Made by a program: the position numbers and the translations under genes. From Actinomycetota bacterium (GTDB lineage: Bacteria > Actinomycetota > Acidimicrobiia > Acidimicrobiales > Ilumatobacteraceae): a DNA stretch of 62,090 nt. This document shows, piece after piece, positions 8,771 through 18,601 of the stretch. The stretch covers positions 1 to 62,090 of the forward strand of contig JBEAXP010000046.1 in the NCBI GenBank assembly GCA_041159745.1, written 5' to 3'. A model generated the notes under the pieces. That model was not told the origin of the DNA and did no database searches. It saw only the letters and a list, made by a program, of their open reading frames with translations. Positions within the stretch are counted from its first letter, which is position 1, and the number at the start of each line of letters is the position of its first letter.

Positions 8771-9892
8771 ATGGTTGTTCGACACCGTGCCCATGCATTC
8801 CACCAGGCCGCTACGGTCACCACTGTGCAACGAGGCGATCGATCCCTGGGTTGGGACGAGAGATGGGACGACGTGGCGGCGTCGCTCGACGCGCGCATGG
8901 ATGCGCGGCCCGGGCGCGTGTCGCGGATCGATCGCGGATGGAGCACGGTGTGGTTCTCACCGCCTTCCGGTGGGACCGCCGCCGGCATCGGAGGCGACGT
9001 CGTTCGCGTGCGCAACATCGGCGCCGACGTGGCGGTGGGCGACTGGGTCGTGGTGTCCGCCGACGGTGAACGCGTGGAAACCGTTCTGCCCCGGCGCAGC
9101 GCGTTCGTTCGACGCGCGAGCTTCGAGGGTCAACGCGCCGAATCGCACACCATCGCGGCCAACATCGACTTCGTCTTTCTGCTGCATGCGATCGCCTCGC
9201 CGCCCAACCAGCGGCGCCTCGAACGCGAGTTGGTGCTCGCGTTCGACAGTGGAGCGCGACCAGTCGTGGTTCTTTCGAAGCGTGACCTGGTCGAAGACAC
9301 GGCCGAAATCGAACGGCGCTTGGAGTCACTGAAGGCGGTGGCCCCCGACGTCGAGTTCCACGTGGTGAGTTCGTTCACCGGAGAGGGCCTCGATGCCCTG
9401 CGGCGACTGGCGGCCGGTTATCGCACCATCGCCCTGCTCGGTGCGAGTGGTGTGGGCAAGAGCACCGTCGTGAACGCGTTGGTGGGTGACACGGTGCAGC
9501 GAACCGAAGCGGTGCGCGAAGGCGATCAACGTGGTCGTCACACGACCACCGCCACGTCGTTGGTGGCTCTGCCCGCCGAACCGATCGGTTCGGCCGGATG
9601 GCTCATCGACACACCGGGTGTGCGGGCGGTGAGTTTGTGGTCGAGCGGACACGGCATCGAGCGCGCCTTCTCCGACGTGTTCGACCTCACGGATCACTGC
9701 CGTTTCCGCGACTGCAAACACGAGGAAGAACCCGGATGCGCGGTGCGCGCGGCAGTTGACGACGGGCGTCTCGACCCACTGCGTCTCGAGAGCATGAAGC
9801 GGCTGGTGGCCGAGGAGGCCGCCTTGGAGGAAGAGCAAAAGGCCCGGCTCAAGGCCGAAGATCGACGAGGCTTTCGGCGGCGAAAGACCTGA
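8771..9892 (+). CDS. rsgA: ribosome small subunit-dependent GTPase A
   Basis: ORF track, 373 aa. Circularly permuted GTPase motifs: 'VVLSKRDLV', '[16 protein letters not shown]', 'GRHTTT', 'IDTPGVR'. Zn knuckle '[16 protein letters not shown]'. The exact start is uncertain. Confidence 0.85.
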   Translation: MVVRHRAHAFHQAATVTTVQRGDRSLGWDERWDDVAASLDARMDARPGRVSRIDRGWSTVWFSPPSGGTAAGIGGDVVRVRNIGADVAVGDWVVVSADGERVETVLPRRSAFVRRASFEGQRAESHTIAANIDFVFLLHAIASPPNQRRLERELVLAFDSGARPVVVLSKRDLVEDTAEIERRLESLKAVAPDVEFHVVSSFTGEGLDALRRLAAGYRTIALLGASGVGKSTVVNALVGDTVQRTEAVREGDQRGRHTTTATSLVALPAEPIGSAGWLIDTPGVRAVSLWSSGHGIERAFSDVFDLTDHCRFRDCKHEEEPGCAVRAAVDDGRLDPLRLESMKRLVAEEAALEEEQKARLKAEDRRGFRRRKT

Positions 9893-9908
9893 GCACTACG
9901 GTCGGGGC

Positions 9909-11168
9909 ATGGATTTCGCCTTCTCCGATCGCTGTCTCGAGTATCGCGAACGCTTGCTGGCGTTCATGGACGAGTGGATCTATCCCAACGAGGACGTGCA
10001 TCACCGTCAGGTCGTCGAGTCGGGCGACCCGCACTTCCACGCTCCGATCATGGAGACGTTGAAGGCCGAAGCGAAGAAGCGCGGGCTCTGGAATCTCTTC
10101 CAGCCGCACAGCGGATGGTGGGGCGAAGGCTTCAGCAACCTCGACTACGCGCCGCTGGCCGAGATCATGGGCCGGTCTCCGATCGCGTCGGAAGCCTGCA
10201 ACTGCTCGGCACCCGACACCGGGAACATGGAAGTGCTCACGATGTTCGGCACCGCCGAGCATCAGGAGAAGTGGTTGCGGCCTCTCCTCGACGGCGAGAT
10301 CCGCAGTGCGTTCGGGATGACCGAGCCCGACGTGGCATCGTCCGACGCAACCAACATCTCGCTGCGCATCGAGCGCGACGGCGATCACTACGTGCTCAAC
10401 GGGCGCAAGTGGTGGACGTCGAACATCTTCCACAAGAACTGCAAGATCATGATCGTCATGGGCAAGACCAATCCCCAGGCGGCCACGCACCAACAGCAGA
10501 GCCAGATCCTCGTTCCGGTCGACACACCAGGTGTCACGGTCGTTCGCGATCTGCGGGTGTTCGGCTACAACGACGTCGAGGGCCATGGCGAAGTTCGCTT
10601 CGAGAACGTCCGGGTGCCGGTCAGCAACTTGCTCGCCGGCGAAGGCGATGGCTTCATGATCTCGCAGGCCCGCCTCGGACCCGGTCGCATCCATCACTGC
10701 ATGCGCACCATCGGCGCCGCCGAGCGCGCGCTCGAACTGATGTGCCAGCGCACGCTGAATCGAACAACTTTCGGCAAGCGCGTGGCCGAGCGCTCGAACA
10801 TTCAGGACTGGATCGCCGAGGCGCGAATCGACCTCGAGATGATTCGTCTGCTCACCTTGAAGACCGCTTGGCTCATGGACACGGTGGGCAACAAGGGTGC
10901 CCGCACCGAGATCGCGGCCATCAAGGTTGCGGCACCCAACTTGGCGCTCAAGATCATCGACCGCGCCATTCAGGCCCACGGCGCCGGCGGTGTGTCGCAG
11001 GACTTCCCTCTTGCTGGCATGTACGCCGGTATCCGCACTCTGCGTCTGGCCGACGGCCCCGACGAGGTGCACAAGATGACGATCGCCCGCGCTGAACTGC
11101 GCAAGTACGACCCGGCCTTCCGGACCGACGGTGTGAACAACATCGCGCCCGGCGGTGGACGCGGCTAG
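9909..11168 (+). CDS. acyl-CoA dehydrogenase family protein
   Basis: ORF track, 419 aa. ACAD-like throughout ('[15 protein letters not shown]', 'KWWTSN', '[21 protein letters not shown]', '[10 protein letters not shown]'). Confidence 0.85.
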   Translation: MDFAFSDRCLEYRERLLAFMDEWIYPNEDVHHRQVVESGDPHFHAPIMETLKAEAKKRGLWNLFQPHSGWWGEGFSNLDYAPLAEIMGRSPIASEACNCSAPDTGNMEVLTMFGTAEHQEKWLRPLLDGEIRSAFGMTEPDVASSDATNISLRIERDGDHYVLNGRKWWTSNIFHKNCKIMIVMGKTNPQAATHQQQSQILVPVDTPGVTVVRDLRVFGYNDVEGHGEVRFENVRVPVSNLLAGEGDGFMISQARLGPGRIHHCMRTIGAAERALELMCQRTLNRTTFGKRVAERSNIQDWIAEARIDLEMIRLLTLKTAWLMDTVGNKGARTEIAAIKVAAPNLALKIIDRAIQAHGAGGVSQDFPLAGMYAGIRTLRLADGPDEVHKMTIARAELRKYDPAFRTDGVNNIAPGGGRG

Positions 11169-12661
11169 AGGCGACCCTCGCGCAACATCACGATCACCTC
11201 ACTGGCTCGTTCGCGAACCTGATCGAGGTCCTTCAACTTGAACGCCGCCCGCACCTGTTGAGCGACGCGCGGATTTCGCCCGAAGCGCGGTTCGTGGCGC
11301 GCCATGAAGTCCCAGTACAGCGTGGTGAAGGGGCAGGCGTCGTCACCGACGCGCTTCGTGCGGTCGTAGGAGCAACCCTTGCAGTAGTCGCTCATGCGGT
11401 CGATGTAGGCCCCACCCGATGCGTACGGCTTGGTGGCCATGCGGCCTCCATCGGCGAACTGTGACATTCCCATCACGTTGGGCACCATCACCCATTCGGC
11501 GCCGTCGACGAAGTTGGCCCACATCCAATCGGTCAGTGCGCGAGGATCGACGCCGGCGATCAGTGCGAGGTTGCCGATCACCATCAGCCGTTGAATGTGG
11601 TGGGCGTAGGCGTGTGAATCGACGGCGGCCAGTGCGTGGGACACGCAGTTCATCCGCGTATCGGCCCGACCCGTGAACACCGGAGGAAGCGGTTCGGTCG
11701 CTCCGAGTTCGTTGACGTGCGCGTACTCGGGCATCCACGCCCAGTAGAGGCCCCACACGTACTCGCGCCAGCCGATCACCTGGCGAATGAATCCTTCGGC
11801 CGAGGCGATGGGCACCTTTCCGTCGTCGTACGCCCGTTGCACCGCGTCGCACACCTCATCGGGCAGAAGCAGTCCGATGTTGAGATACGGCGACAGAAGC
11901 GAGTGCGCCACGTGCCAACTCTTGGTGGTCATGGCGTCTTCATGCGGTCCGAACATGGGAAGAACTTCGTTCACGAAGTGATCGAGGCGCCGCAGCGCGC
12001 CGGCTCGTGACGTGGCCCACAGACCGGTGGGAGGTTGACCGTGACAGTGGGCCGAGATGTCGGTGATCACCTCGTGATCGACCGCATCGAGGTCGTCCGC
12101 CACCGGCGACGGCCATGGGGCCGAACCATCCTTGGGCGGAGGTTCGCGATTGTCGGCGTCGAAGTTCCATTGGCCGCCCACGGGGTCGTCGCCGTCCACG
12201 AGATACCCGAGGCGCTTGCGCTGCCAGCGATAGAAGTCCTCCATCTTGAACGACTTCTTGGTGGACATCCACGACGCGAACTCGTCGTAATGGCACAGGA
12301 ACTGATTGCTCCGAACCACCGAACAGCCAAGTCGACGGACCAGCGCCAGCCCGTCCCAACTGAGCGGTTCGGTGACGACGACGCCGGAGGGCCGGAACTG
12401 TTCGACGTGAAGTCGATGGCCGTCGGCGAGAGATGCTGCGCGACGATGGTCGACCTCGAATCCTTCATCGCGCAGCTCGTCGGCGAAGCGCCTCATGGAA
12501 GCGATCACGAAGTGCGCGCGCTGGACGTGCCAGTCCTTCGAGGCGAGTTTGGCGTTGCTCTCCACGAGAAGAACACGATGCGTGGCTGGAGAAGCCGATG
12601 CCAGAGCACCGATGCGGCGATTGAGCTGATCGCCGAGAACCCACACCGTTTCCACGGTCAC
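11165..12661 (-). CDS. cryptochrome/photolyase family protein, FeS-BCP / (6-4) photolyase-like
   Basis: ORF track, 498 aa. It resembles the COG3046 'photolyase-related' family. Four Cys are positioned as in PhrB-type [4Fe-4S] photolyases ('MNCVSHAL', 'DYCKGCSYD...[12 protein letters not shown]'). Confidence 0.75.
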   Translation of the reverse strand: MTVETVWVLGDQLNRRIGALASASPATHRVLLVESNAKLASKDWHVQRAHFVIASMRRFADELRDEGFEVDHRRAASLADGHRLHVEQFRPSGVVVTEPLSWDGLALVRRLGCSVVRSNQFLCHYDEFASWMSTKKSFKMEDFYRWQRKRLGYLVDGDDPVGGQWNFDADNREPPPKDGSAPWPSPVADDLDAVDHEVITDISAHCHGQPPTGLWATSRAGALRRLDHFVNEVLPMFGPHEDAMTTKSWHVAHSLLSPYLNIGLLLPDEVCDAVQRAYDDGKVPIASAEGFIRQVIGWREYVWGLYWAWMPEYAHVNELGATEPLPPVFTGRADTRMNCVSHALAAVDSHAYAHHIQRLMVIGNLALIAGVDPRALTDWMWANFVDGAEWVMVPNVMGMSQFADGGRMATKPYASGGAYIDRMSDYCKGCSYDRTKRVGDDACPFTTLYWDFMARHEPRFGRNPRVAQQVRAAFKLKDLDQVRERASEVIVMLREGRL

Positions 12662-12706
12662 AGTGTTGCGGGCGATCGGTGCGATGACCCCACCGGAACG
12701 AGCGAC

Positions 12707-13057
12707 TCAGGGCGACTCGACGGTCATCCGCAGGCGCTCACGGAGCGTGACGTCAGGAATCAGTCGGCCAATCAGGGGCACGTCGGTGCGAACGTCGGCC
12801 CAGCCGGTCACGTCGACGGTGCCGTCCGTGGTGGTGACTTCGAGACGAACCCGCTGTGCACCGGTGACGGCCCGGGCCGCCGCCGCTGGATCGTCGGAGA
12901 CGGCGGCCGCACGCGCACCATCGCGCACCACATGGACGAGTCGCACCTGCTCGACGAGTACCTCGACAACTTGCAGACAACCCAGCAGAACGACGAGCAC
13001 CAGGGGAAGGACGAGAGCCAGTTCGACGGTGGCTTGTGCGCGGTCGCGCGAAGTCAC
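12707..13057 (-). CDS. TadE-like pseudopilin / Flp pilus assembly protein
   Basis: ORF track, 116 aa. The N-terminal 'AQATVELALVLPLVLVVL' is the TadE signature. The start overlaps the stop of the pilin gene by 4 nt. Confidence 0.7.
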   Translation of the reverse strand: MTSRDRAQATVELALVLPLVLVVLLGCLQVVEVLVEQVRLVHVVRDGARAAAVSDDPAAAARAVTGAQRVRLEVTTTDGTVDVTGWADVRTDVPLIGRLIPDVTLRERLRMTVESP

Positions 13058-13221
13058 GGCACGCGCGACATCACGTTGTCGATGACTTGATCGAAGAGAT
13101 CACCGATCTTGCCGGCCCCGCCGCCTCCGGAAGCCCAAGCGACGACGAGGAGGGCGATGAGTGCGGCGGCGAGGATGACCAGCGCGTATTCGGATGTTGC
13201 TTGTCCGGAATCTCGGTTCAT
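13054..13221 (-). CDS. Flp-family (DUF4244/Rv3656c-like) prepilin, 55 aa
   Basis: Hidden inside the track ORF 13054..13620. Translation from ATG 13221 gives MNRDSGQATSEYALVILAAALIALLVVAWASGGGGAGKIGDLFDQVIDNVMSRVP. It has a 'G/xxxxEY' processing-type motif followed by a hydrophobic helix. It sits between the TadC and TadE genes. Confidence 0.6.
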   Translation of the reverse strand: MNRDSGQATSEYALVILAAALIALLVVAWASGGGGAGKIGDLFDQVIDNVMSRVP

Positions 13222-13229
13222 GGTGGCTT

Positions 13230-13763
13230 TCAGAAGTTGGAGCGGAGGTCGGCGAGCGTGCCGACGAGAACCGGCACGATCACGATGGCGACGAACGAAG
13301 GCAGGATGCAGCTGACGATCGGCAGAGTGAGCCGAACCGGCAGTTCGCGGGCCGAACTCTCGGTGAGTCGCCGTCGAGCAGCACGGGCGTCGTTCGACAA
13401 TCGTGCGATGCGCTCCTCGATCGGAATACCGAAACGATCGCCATCGCGGAGCACCGAAACGAGGGGCTCGATGTCGGGTCCGGCCATTCGGGCGAGCCAA
13501 CTCAAGGCTTCCCCCATGCGGGCACCATCGTCGAACTGCCGAACCGCCGCCGCAAAGTGCGACTTGAGGGGGTCGGGGGCCGATCGCGCCGCCAGGCGCA
13601 GCAGTTCGGAATTGGAACATCCAGCGCGCAAACCAGCGGCGACGACGTCGATCGTGTCGGGGAGCGCGTGCAGTGCGGCGATCCGAAGTCGACGAGATCG
13701 AGACCGTCGACGGTGGCGAATCGACCAGAGCACGATGGCGAGTGCACCGATGATGATCATCAT
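13230..13763 (-). CDS. TadC-like type II secretion system F-domain membrane protein
   Basis: This is the C-terminal 177 codons of the track ORF 13230..14402. The start ATG 13763 forms an ATGA overlap with the TadB stop. It reads as a T2SSF-like protein with terminal TM helices. Confidence 0.7.
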   Translation of the reverse strand: MMIIIGALAIVLWSIRHRRRSRSRRLRIAALHALPDTIDVVAAGLRAGCSNSELLRLAARSAPDPLKSHFAAAVRQFDDGARMGEALSWLARMAGPDIEPLVSVLRDGDRFGIPIEERIARLSNDARAARRRLTESSARELPVRLTLPIVSCILPSFVAIVIVPVLVGTLADLRSNF

Positions 13764-14350
13764 GTGAAGAGCACCAATCGCGTGACCCAACGGCGACCGA
13801 TCACGTTGAGGAAGACACCGATTGTGACGCAGGCGTAACCGATGGGCGAATTGAGCAGCACGTCGCGCACCGATGGATCGTCTAGGCAGATCCAGACACT
13901 GCAGACGATGGGAAGGATGGTGAGGAAGCGGGCGGACGCCAGCGCCGTGCTCGCCTGGCTCCGTCGTTCGTCGCAGGCGTGTCGTCGTTCGCGCAGGGTG
14001 GTTTCGAGCGCCTCGATGTGGGCGACCGGATCGCCGCCATGTTCGGCCGCCAACGCGATGACCATCAGTGCGAGGGAACCGTCGGACGCCTCGTCGCCGG
14101 AGCGCGTGGCGTGATGGCAGGCCTCGGCCATGGTCGACCCTCCCTCGACAGCGGTCGCGACGTGTCCGAGCGTCGAGGTGGGATGACTCGCCTGCGCCAG
14201 GCGTATGGCCGCGGTGAGACTCGATCCACTCGCGAGGTGGTGCCCGAGTGCGCGCACGGCTTCTTCGAGGTTGTGGTCGTGGTCGACACGGAGGTTGCGA
14301 CAACGGCGACGAGCCCGCCAGGCGAGAGACGATCGGGTGAACGGATTCAC
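13760..14350 (-). CDS. TadB-like type II secretion system F-domain membrane protein
   Basis: ORF track, 196 aa. ATGA overlap with the TadA stop. The C-terminus has TM helices ('FLTILPIVCSVWICL', 'IGYACVTIGVFLNVIG'). Confidence 0.7.
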   Translation of the reverse strand: MNPFTRSSLAWRARRRCRNLRVDHDHNLEEAVRALGHHLASGSSLTAAIRLAQASHPTSTLGHVATAVEGGSTMAEACHHATRSGDEASDGSLALMVIALAAEHGGDPVAHIEALETTLRERRHACDERRSQASTALASARFLTILPIVCSVWICLDDPSVRDVLLNSPIGYACVTIGVFLNVIGRRWVTRLVLFT

Positions 14351-15240
14351 GGCGTCGGTGAAGCGTTGAGTTGGTGCACCCGGGTGATCGCCCGTCGACC
14401 ACCTTCGATCCTTTCGACGTGGACGACGTTGTGAATGGCCGCGCTGATCATCTCGTCGACCGTTGTTCGATCGAGGCCGGGAGTCGCTCGACGCAGGAGG
14501 AGTCCGAGACGGGCGAGCGCGTCGGTGGCCGAGTTGGCGTGAATGGTGGCGAGCGAACCGCGGTGACCGGTGTTGAGCGCGTTCACGAGTGTGACGGCCT
14601 CGGTGCCGCGAATCTCACCCACCACGATGCGATCGGGACGGAGGCGGAGCGACGTGCGCAGAAGCGCGTCGAGGTCGATTGCGCCACGACCCTCGGCCGT
14701 GGCGGGGCGGCACTCGAGTCGGACCACGTGCGGATGTGCCACGACGAGCTCGCTGGTGTCTTCGAGCATCACGATGCGATCGTCGATCGAGGCATCGTCG
14801 ACGAGTGCGGCGAGGAGCGACGTCTTGCCGGCCCCAGTCGCACCCGAAACGAGAACATTGCGTCGAGCCGAGACGAGATCGCGCACGGCTGCGCGTACGG
14901 CCGAATCGTCGCTGAAATCGTCGATGGAGAAGGTGCGTTTGCCGAGTGATCGAAACGCGGCACAGGCACCGTCGACGGCGATGGGAGGAATGACCCCGCA
15001 CACCCGCGTGCCGTCGGGAAGGCGAGTGTCGACCATCGGATGCAGTCGATCGAGGCGACGACCGGACGCCGCCAGGACGCGTTCGAACATGGCTTCGACA
15101 TCGCCGGGTTGGAGGCGACCGCAGAAGTCGATGTGGCCTCGTCGTTCGGCCCAGACGTCGGTGCCGTTGTTCACGAGGACATCGGTGACGTGATCGTCGG
15201 CGAGCAGATCACGAATGAGCGGAGGAAGCGGCGAGATCAC
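14347..15240 (-). CDS. TadA/CpaF-family pilus assembly ATPase
   Basis: The track ORF 14347..15939 is 530 aa. Its first ~230 codons are R/S/P-rich and overlap the TadZ-like gene in another frame. I placed the start at GTG 15240, which makes a GTGA overlap with the upstream stop. Motifs: 'VTDVLVNNGTDVWAER', Walker A 'VSGATGAGKTS', 'VMLEDTSEL', 'IVVGEIRG'. Confidence 0.88.
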   Translation of the reverse strand: MISPLPPLIRDLLADDHVTDVLVNNGTDVWAERRGHIDFCGRLQPGDVEAMFERVLAASGRRLDRLHPMVDTRLPDGTRVCGVIPPIAVDGACAAFRSLGKRTFSIDDFSDDSAVRAAVRDLVSARRNVLVSGATGAGKTSLLAALVDDASIDDRIVMLEDTSELVVAHPHVVRLECRPATAEGRGAIDLDALLRTSLRLRPDRIVVGEIRGTEAVTLVNALNTGHRGSLATIHANSATDALARLGLLLRRATPGLDRTTVDEMISAAIHNVVHVERIEGGRRAITRVHQLNASPTP

Positions 15241-15926
15241 GGTGTTTGGTGACGTGGTCCGACGACGAGCGGTTCGAGGCCGATGCGCAGAACGTCGGGC
15301 AGACGTGAGTGGAGGAGACCGGAGTCGACGCGACGAGCGACGTCGTGATCGGTGGGGATGGACGCGAGAACGGACACGCCGAGGACGTTCTCGACGTCGC
15401 GATCGTTGAGCACGCGGTGAGGCGGACGCACGATGACGAGTCCGTCGACGTGTTCGAGGCGAGGATCGGCGACGGCACGACGAAGGGCCAGATAGCAGGG
15501 CTGCACCACCATGATGTGGAGGTCGCTCTCCTGGTACACGGAATCGGGAAGCGCGACGAGACCCGCATCGATCACTGTGTGATGAGAGCTGGTGTCGTTG
15601 CGAAGGGCCGACGTGAACACCGGCCAACTGGCCGACTCGGATTCGGGGAGTGAGCCCGATCCGAACGGGAGGATCGAGAGCTGCTCGGTGACGGGTGCGA
15701 GGAGATCGGCCAGCCGCTGACCGGCTGGGTCGATCATCCAGTTGGTGATGCCGTGGGGAGGAGTCCCCACGCCGAGGATGGCCGGTTGATCGCCACCGAG
15801 GTCGACCAGGTGAGTGGAGAGGCGACGATCGCGATCGATGACGGCAGTGCTGAGAAGCGCGGCCAGTGCGGTGGACACCACCGAGGCACCGCAGCCCCCT
15901 TTGGGCGAAGAAACGACGACGAACAC
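15237..15926 (-). CDS. ParA/MinD-like TadZ/CpaE (Ssd-like) pilus-locus ATPase homologue
   Basis: ORF track, 229 aa. Deviant P-loop 'VVSSPKGGCGASVVS'. It is the first gene of the tad operon. Confidence 0.6.
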   Translation of the reverse strand: MFVVVSSPKGGCGASVVSTALAALLSTAVIDRDRRLSTHLVDLGGDQPAILGVGTPPHGITNWMIDPAGQRLADLLAPVTEQLSILPFGSGSLPESESASWPVFTSALRNDTSSHHTVIDAGLVALPDSVYQESDLHIMVVQPCYLALRRAVADPRLEHVDGLVIVRPPHRVLNDRDVENVLGVSVLASIPTDHDVARRVDSGLLHSRLPDVLRIGLEPLVVGPRHQTP

Positions 15927-16014
15927 GACGACCTCTCACGGGAGGGACGGAGGGGAAGTCGGTGACCGTGAAGTCGGCGGAGTGTGTGGGGAGACTCCGA
16001 CGAAGGGGAGACGG

Positions 16015-16089
16015 TCAGACGAGTTTGAGTTTCTTGGCGGCGTAGGCGGCCAGGCCCACGAGCGCCGCGAACATCACGAGTCGCTTCAT
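16015..16089 (-). CDS. possible 24-aa hydrophobic micropeptide
   Basis: My own translation gives ATG 16089..TGA 16015: MKRLVMFAALVGLAAYAAKKLKLV, one TM-like helix with a basic tail. There is no other support. Confidence 0.2.
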   Translation of the reverse strand: MKRLVMFAALVGLAAYAAKKLKLV

Positions 16090-16130
16090 GGCGGGCAGGT
16101 TAGTGACGATCGGGCAGTACCCTCACGGTC

Positions 16131-16223
16131 GGAGGTGTCCGAGTACCTGGTGGACTCCGCCGCCTTCAAAGCGGTTGGAACGGGTGAACCCCGTTCGGCG
16201 GGTTCGATTCCCGTCCACCTCCG
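16131..16223 (+). tRNA. selC: tRNA-Sec (anticodon UCA), 93 nt without CCA
   Basis: Sequence: GGAGGTGTCCGAGTACCTGGTGGACTCCGCCGCCTTCAAAGCGGTTGGAACGGGTGAACCCCGTTCGGCGGGTTCGATTCCCGTCCACCTCCG. The anticodon stem is GCCGC/GCGGT with loop CTTCAAA, the same loop as E. coli selC. The acceptor stem (7 bp, GGAGGTG/CACCTCC) plus T stem (6 bp, GGCGGG/CCCGTC) total 13 bp, the Sec hallmark, against 12 bp in canonical tRNAs. The variable arm is long, a 6-bp stem AACGGG/CCCGTT. The discriminator is G73. Confidence 0.8.
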
Positions 16224-16257
16224 CGAAGCGACGGATCCCGTCCACCTCCGCGAAGCG
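16209..16257 (+). repeat. tandem duplication (2 x 22 bp, 5-bp spacer) of the 3' end of tRNA-Sec plus 7 nt of trailer
   Basis: 'tcccgtccacctccgcgaagcg' occurs at 16209..16230 and again at 16236..16257. Confidence 0.9.
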
Positions 16258-16261
16258 GAGG
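16245..16261. terminator. GC-rich hairpin CCTCCGC-GAA-GCGGAGG between tRNA-Sec and the convergent hydrolase gene
   Basis: A 7-bp perfect stem with a 3-nt loop, formed by the second repeat copy. There is no clean U-tract, only 'gtttctt' about 10 nt downstream. Terminator function is inferred. Confidence 0.3.
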
Positions 16262-16276
16262 CACCGCGGAAGTTTC

Positions 16277-17419
16277 TTACTTCTGGGCGGCCTCGAACGC
16301 AGCAGTCACGAGCGACGAGCCACGGAAGTCTCCGACGAGACCTTCGAGCATGTTGTTCATCACGTACACGACCGTGAGGTTCAAGTCGAGGTCGTTGACA
16401 ACGGTCGAACCGCCCCAACCACCCCAGAAGCATGCGCGGCGATCGGTCGGCAGGTGGGGCACGGTCTCGTTCGGCAATCCGTAACCGATGCCGAACTTCA
16501 CCGGCGCCATCAACACCTGGTCGAGTCCATCGGCTTGCACGCGGAAGATGTTGTCGATCGTCTTCGGCGACAAGAACTTCTTGCCCTTCACCACACCTCC
16601 GTTGCTGATCGCACTCTGCGACCACGCGAGCGAGCGAGCATTCCCATGTCCGTTGGCGGCGCCGATGTCGGCCTGACGCCACTCGCTCGTCCACGAAGCC
16701 TCGGCACCCGGCGCCGGACCGGTGAAGGTCTTCACCACGACCGAGTTCGGATCGAGAGTGCTCATGTCGATGGGCAACGGCGGGGGAGGAATCACGTTCG
16801 ACACTCGGCCGAACTCGCTCGGGGCCAAACCGATGTGGAAGTCGAGATCGAGTGGCTTGGCAACTTCGTCGCGGAAGAACTCACCCAGTTTCTTGCCGGT
16901 TACTCGTCGAATGACTTCACCAACCAGGTGGCCCTGATTCAGCGCGTGGTAGCCCGACTGCGAACCGGGCTCCCACCACGGAGCCTGCGCGGCCAGTTTG
17001 GCCGTCGACTTCTCCCAGTCGTACAGATCGTCGACGGTGATGGGCTGTTCCCAGCCCGAAACACCGGAGGTGTGCGACAGCAGGTGGCGCACCAGCACCT
17101 TTTCCTTGCCGTTGGCCGCGAACTCGGGCCAATAAGTGGGGACCGGAGCATCGAGGTCGAGTTGACCGCGATCGGCCAGCATGAGCGCGCACAGAGCCAT
17201 CTGGGTCTTGGTGCTCGACCACACGTTGGTGATCGTGTCCTTCCCCCAAGGAGCCGAGTGCTCGGTGTCGACCCAGCCGCCCCACAGGTCGACCACAATC
17301 TCACCGTCGTGAACGACGGCGACCGAGGCGCCGACATCGGCACCCGAATCGATGTTGGCGGACAGGATGTCGCGCAACGCGGAAAAGCGTTGATCGCAGG
17401 AACCGTGAATCTCAGCCAT
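16277..17419 (-). CDS. serine hydrolase, beta-lactamase/EstB family
   Basis: ORF track, 380 aa. The S-x-x-K motif is 'WSSTKTQ'. The class C/esterase-like organisation includes 'SGYHALNQG' and 'WGGWGGS'. Confidence 0.85.
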   Translation of the reverse strand: MAEIHGSCDQRFSALRDILSANIDSGADVGASVAVVHDGEIVVDLWGGWVDTEHSAPWGKDTITNVWSSTKTQMALCALMLADRGQLDLDAPVPTYWPEFAANGKEKVLVRHLLSHTSGVSGWEQPITVDDLYDWEKSTAKLAAQAPWWEPGSQSGYHALNQGHLVGEVIRRVTGKKLGEFFRDEVAKPLDLDFHIGLAPSEFGRVSNVIPPPPLPIDMSTLDPNSVVVKTFTGPAPGAEASWTSEWRQADIGAANGHGNARSLAWSQSAISNGGVVKGKKFLSPKTIDNIFRVQADGLDQVLMAPVKFGIGYGLPNETVPHLPTDRRACFWGGWGGSTVVNDLDLNLTVVYVMNNMLEGLVGDFRGSSLVTAAFEAAQK

Positions 17420-17461
17420 GTTCTCCCCCTCTGCTGATGGGGAGACGCTAGCGGGTGAGGG

Positions 17462-18403
17462 TCAGACCGCGAGAAGGTCGCGCGCGCCGGTGTCGCTCGA
17501 CGGATGGCGCAGTTTGCTCATGGCCCGCGCCTCGATCTGGCGGATGCGCTCGCGGGTGAGGTTGAAGTGCTCGCCCACTTCCTCGAGAGTGCGGGGCTCG
17601 CCGCGGTCGAGACCGAAACGCAACTTCAGGATCTCGCGCTCGCGCTCGTCGAGCGGCGCGAGGAGACGCTGAATCTCTTCCGGCAGCAGCGCGGTGGCCG
17701 CCATCTCGAACGGACTCTCGGCCGAGCGATCTTCGACCACGTCGCCGAGTTCGGCGTCGCCGTCCTCGCGCAGCGGTTCGCTCAGCGACAAGGGCTCAGC
17801 GGCGAAACGCAACGCCTCGGTGACCTTGTCTTCGGGCATCTCGACCTCTTCGGCCAGTTCGCGCAGCGTGGGCTGGCGGCCGAACTTGAGCTCGAGGCGC
17901 GAACGCGCCTTCTGCAGGCGCGCGAGTGTGTCGCCGGCATGGACTGGCAGACGGATGGTGCGACCGGTGTTGGCGATGCCGCGGGTGATGGCCTGGCGGA
18001 TCCACCACGTGGCGTACGTGGAGAACTTGAAGCCCTTGCGCCAGTCGAACTTCTCGACGGCGTGCATGAGGCCGAGGTTGCCCTCTTGGATGAGGTCGAG
18101 GAGAGGCAGACCCGACGCCTGATACTTCTTGGCGATCGACACCACGAGGCGCAGGTTCGACTGAACGAATTGACGCTCGGCGGTTTCGCCGTCGCGGACG
18201 AGGTTGCGCAGTTCGCGCTTCTTGGCCGGGGTGAGGCTCTTCGGATCGGCTGACGCCATGGCGGCCTGAGCGGTCTTGCCCGCTTCGATCTGCTTGGCGA
18301 GACGGACTTCGTCGTCCTTCGTCAGAAGTGTGTACTGACCGATGTCGGACAGATACAGACGAACGAGATCTTCTTCGTCACGCTCAACGCGATCCTTGGC
18401 CAC
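17462..18403 (-). CDS. RNA polymerase sigma-70 family factor, RpoD/SigB-like (no region 1.1)
   Basis: ORF track, 313 aa. Region 2 is 'DLIQEGNLGLMHAVEKFDWRKGFKFSTYATWWIRQAITR'. Region 4 is 'TLEEVGEHFNLTRERIRQIE'. Confidence 0.92.
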   Translation of the reverse strand: MAKDRVERDEEDLVRLYLSDIGQYTLLTKDDEVRLAKQIEAGKTAQAAMASADPKSLTPAKKRELRNLVRDGETAERQFVQSNLRLVVSIAKKYQASGLPLLDLIQEGNLGLMHAVEKFDWRKGFKFSTYATWWIRQAITRGIANTGRTIRLPVHAGDTLARLQKARSRLELKFGRQPTLRELAEEVEMPEDKVTEALRFAAEPLSLSEPLREDGDAELGDVVEDRSAESPFEMAATALLPEEIQRLLAPLDEREREILKLRFGLDRGEPRTLEEVGEHFNLTRERIRQIEARAMSKLRHPSSDTGARDLLAV

Positions 18404-18601
18404 CTGTCACCCTCGATTCATCACAGGATGTTGCTCACTCGACCGTTCTCGGAAGAGAACGCATCACCTTTCAGTGGTTTGCCACTCCGCCTTCCGGTGA
18501 TGGGCGGAACACTACCGACCGACCGTGCAACAACAACCTCCCGACACCCGCAGTTGCATGGAGATCGGTATCGTTGGAGCACCGAGCCAAGGAGATGAGC
18601 G

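Noticed and set aside
15241-15939. The N-terminal extension of the TadA ORF, and the 390-aa ORF 13230..14402
   Set aside because: These are R/S/P-rich frames that overlap the TadZ-like and TadB genes. The GTGA and ATGA overlap starts give family-consistent N-termini.
16131-16223. Calling this long-arm tRNA a tRNA-Ser or tRNA-Leu
   Set aside because: The 7-nt loop CTTCAAA places UCA at positions 34-36. The acceptor and T stems total 13 bp rather than 12, and the discriminator is G. All of this fits tRNA-Sec better.
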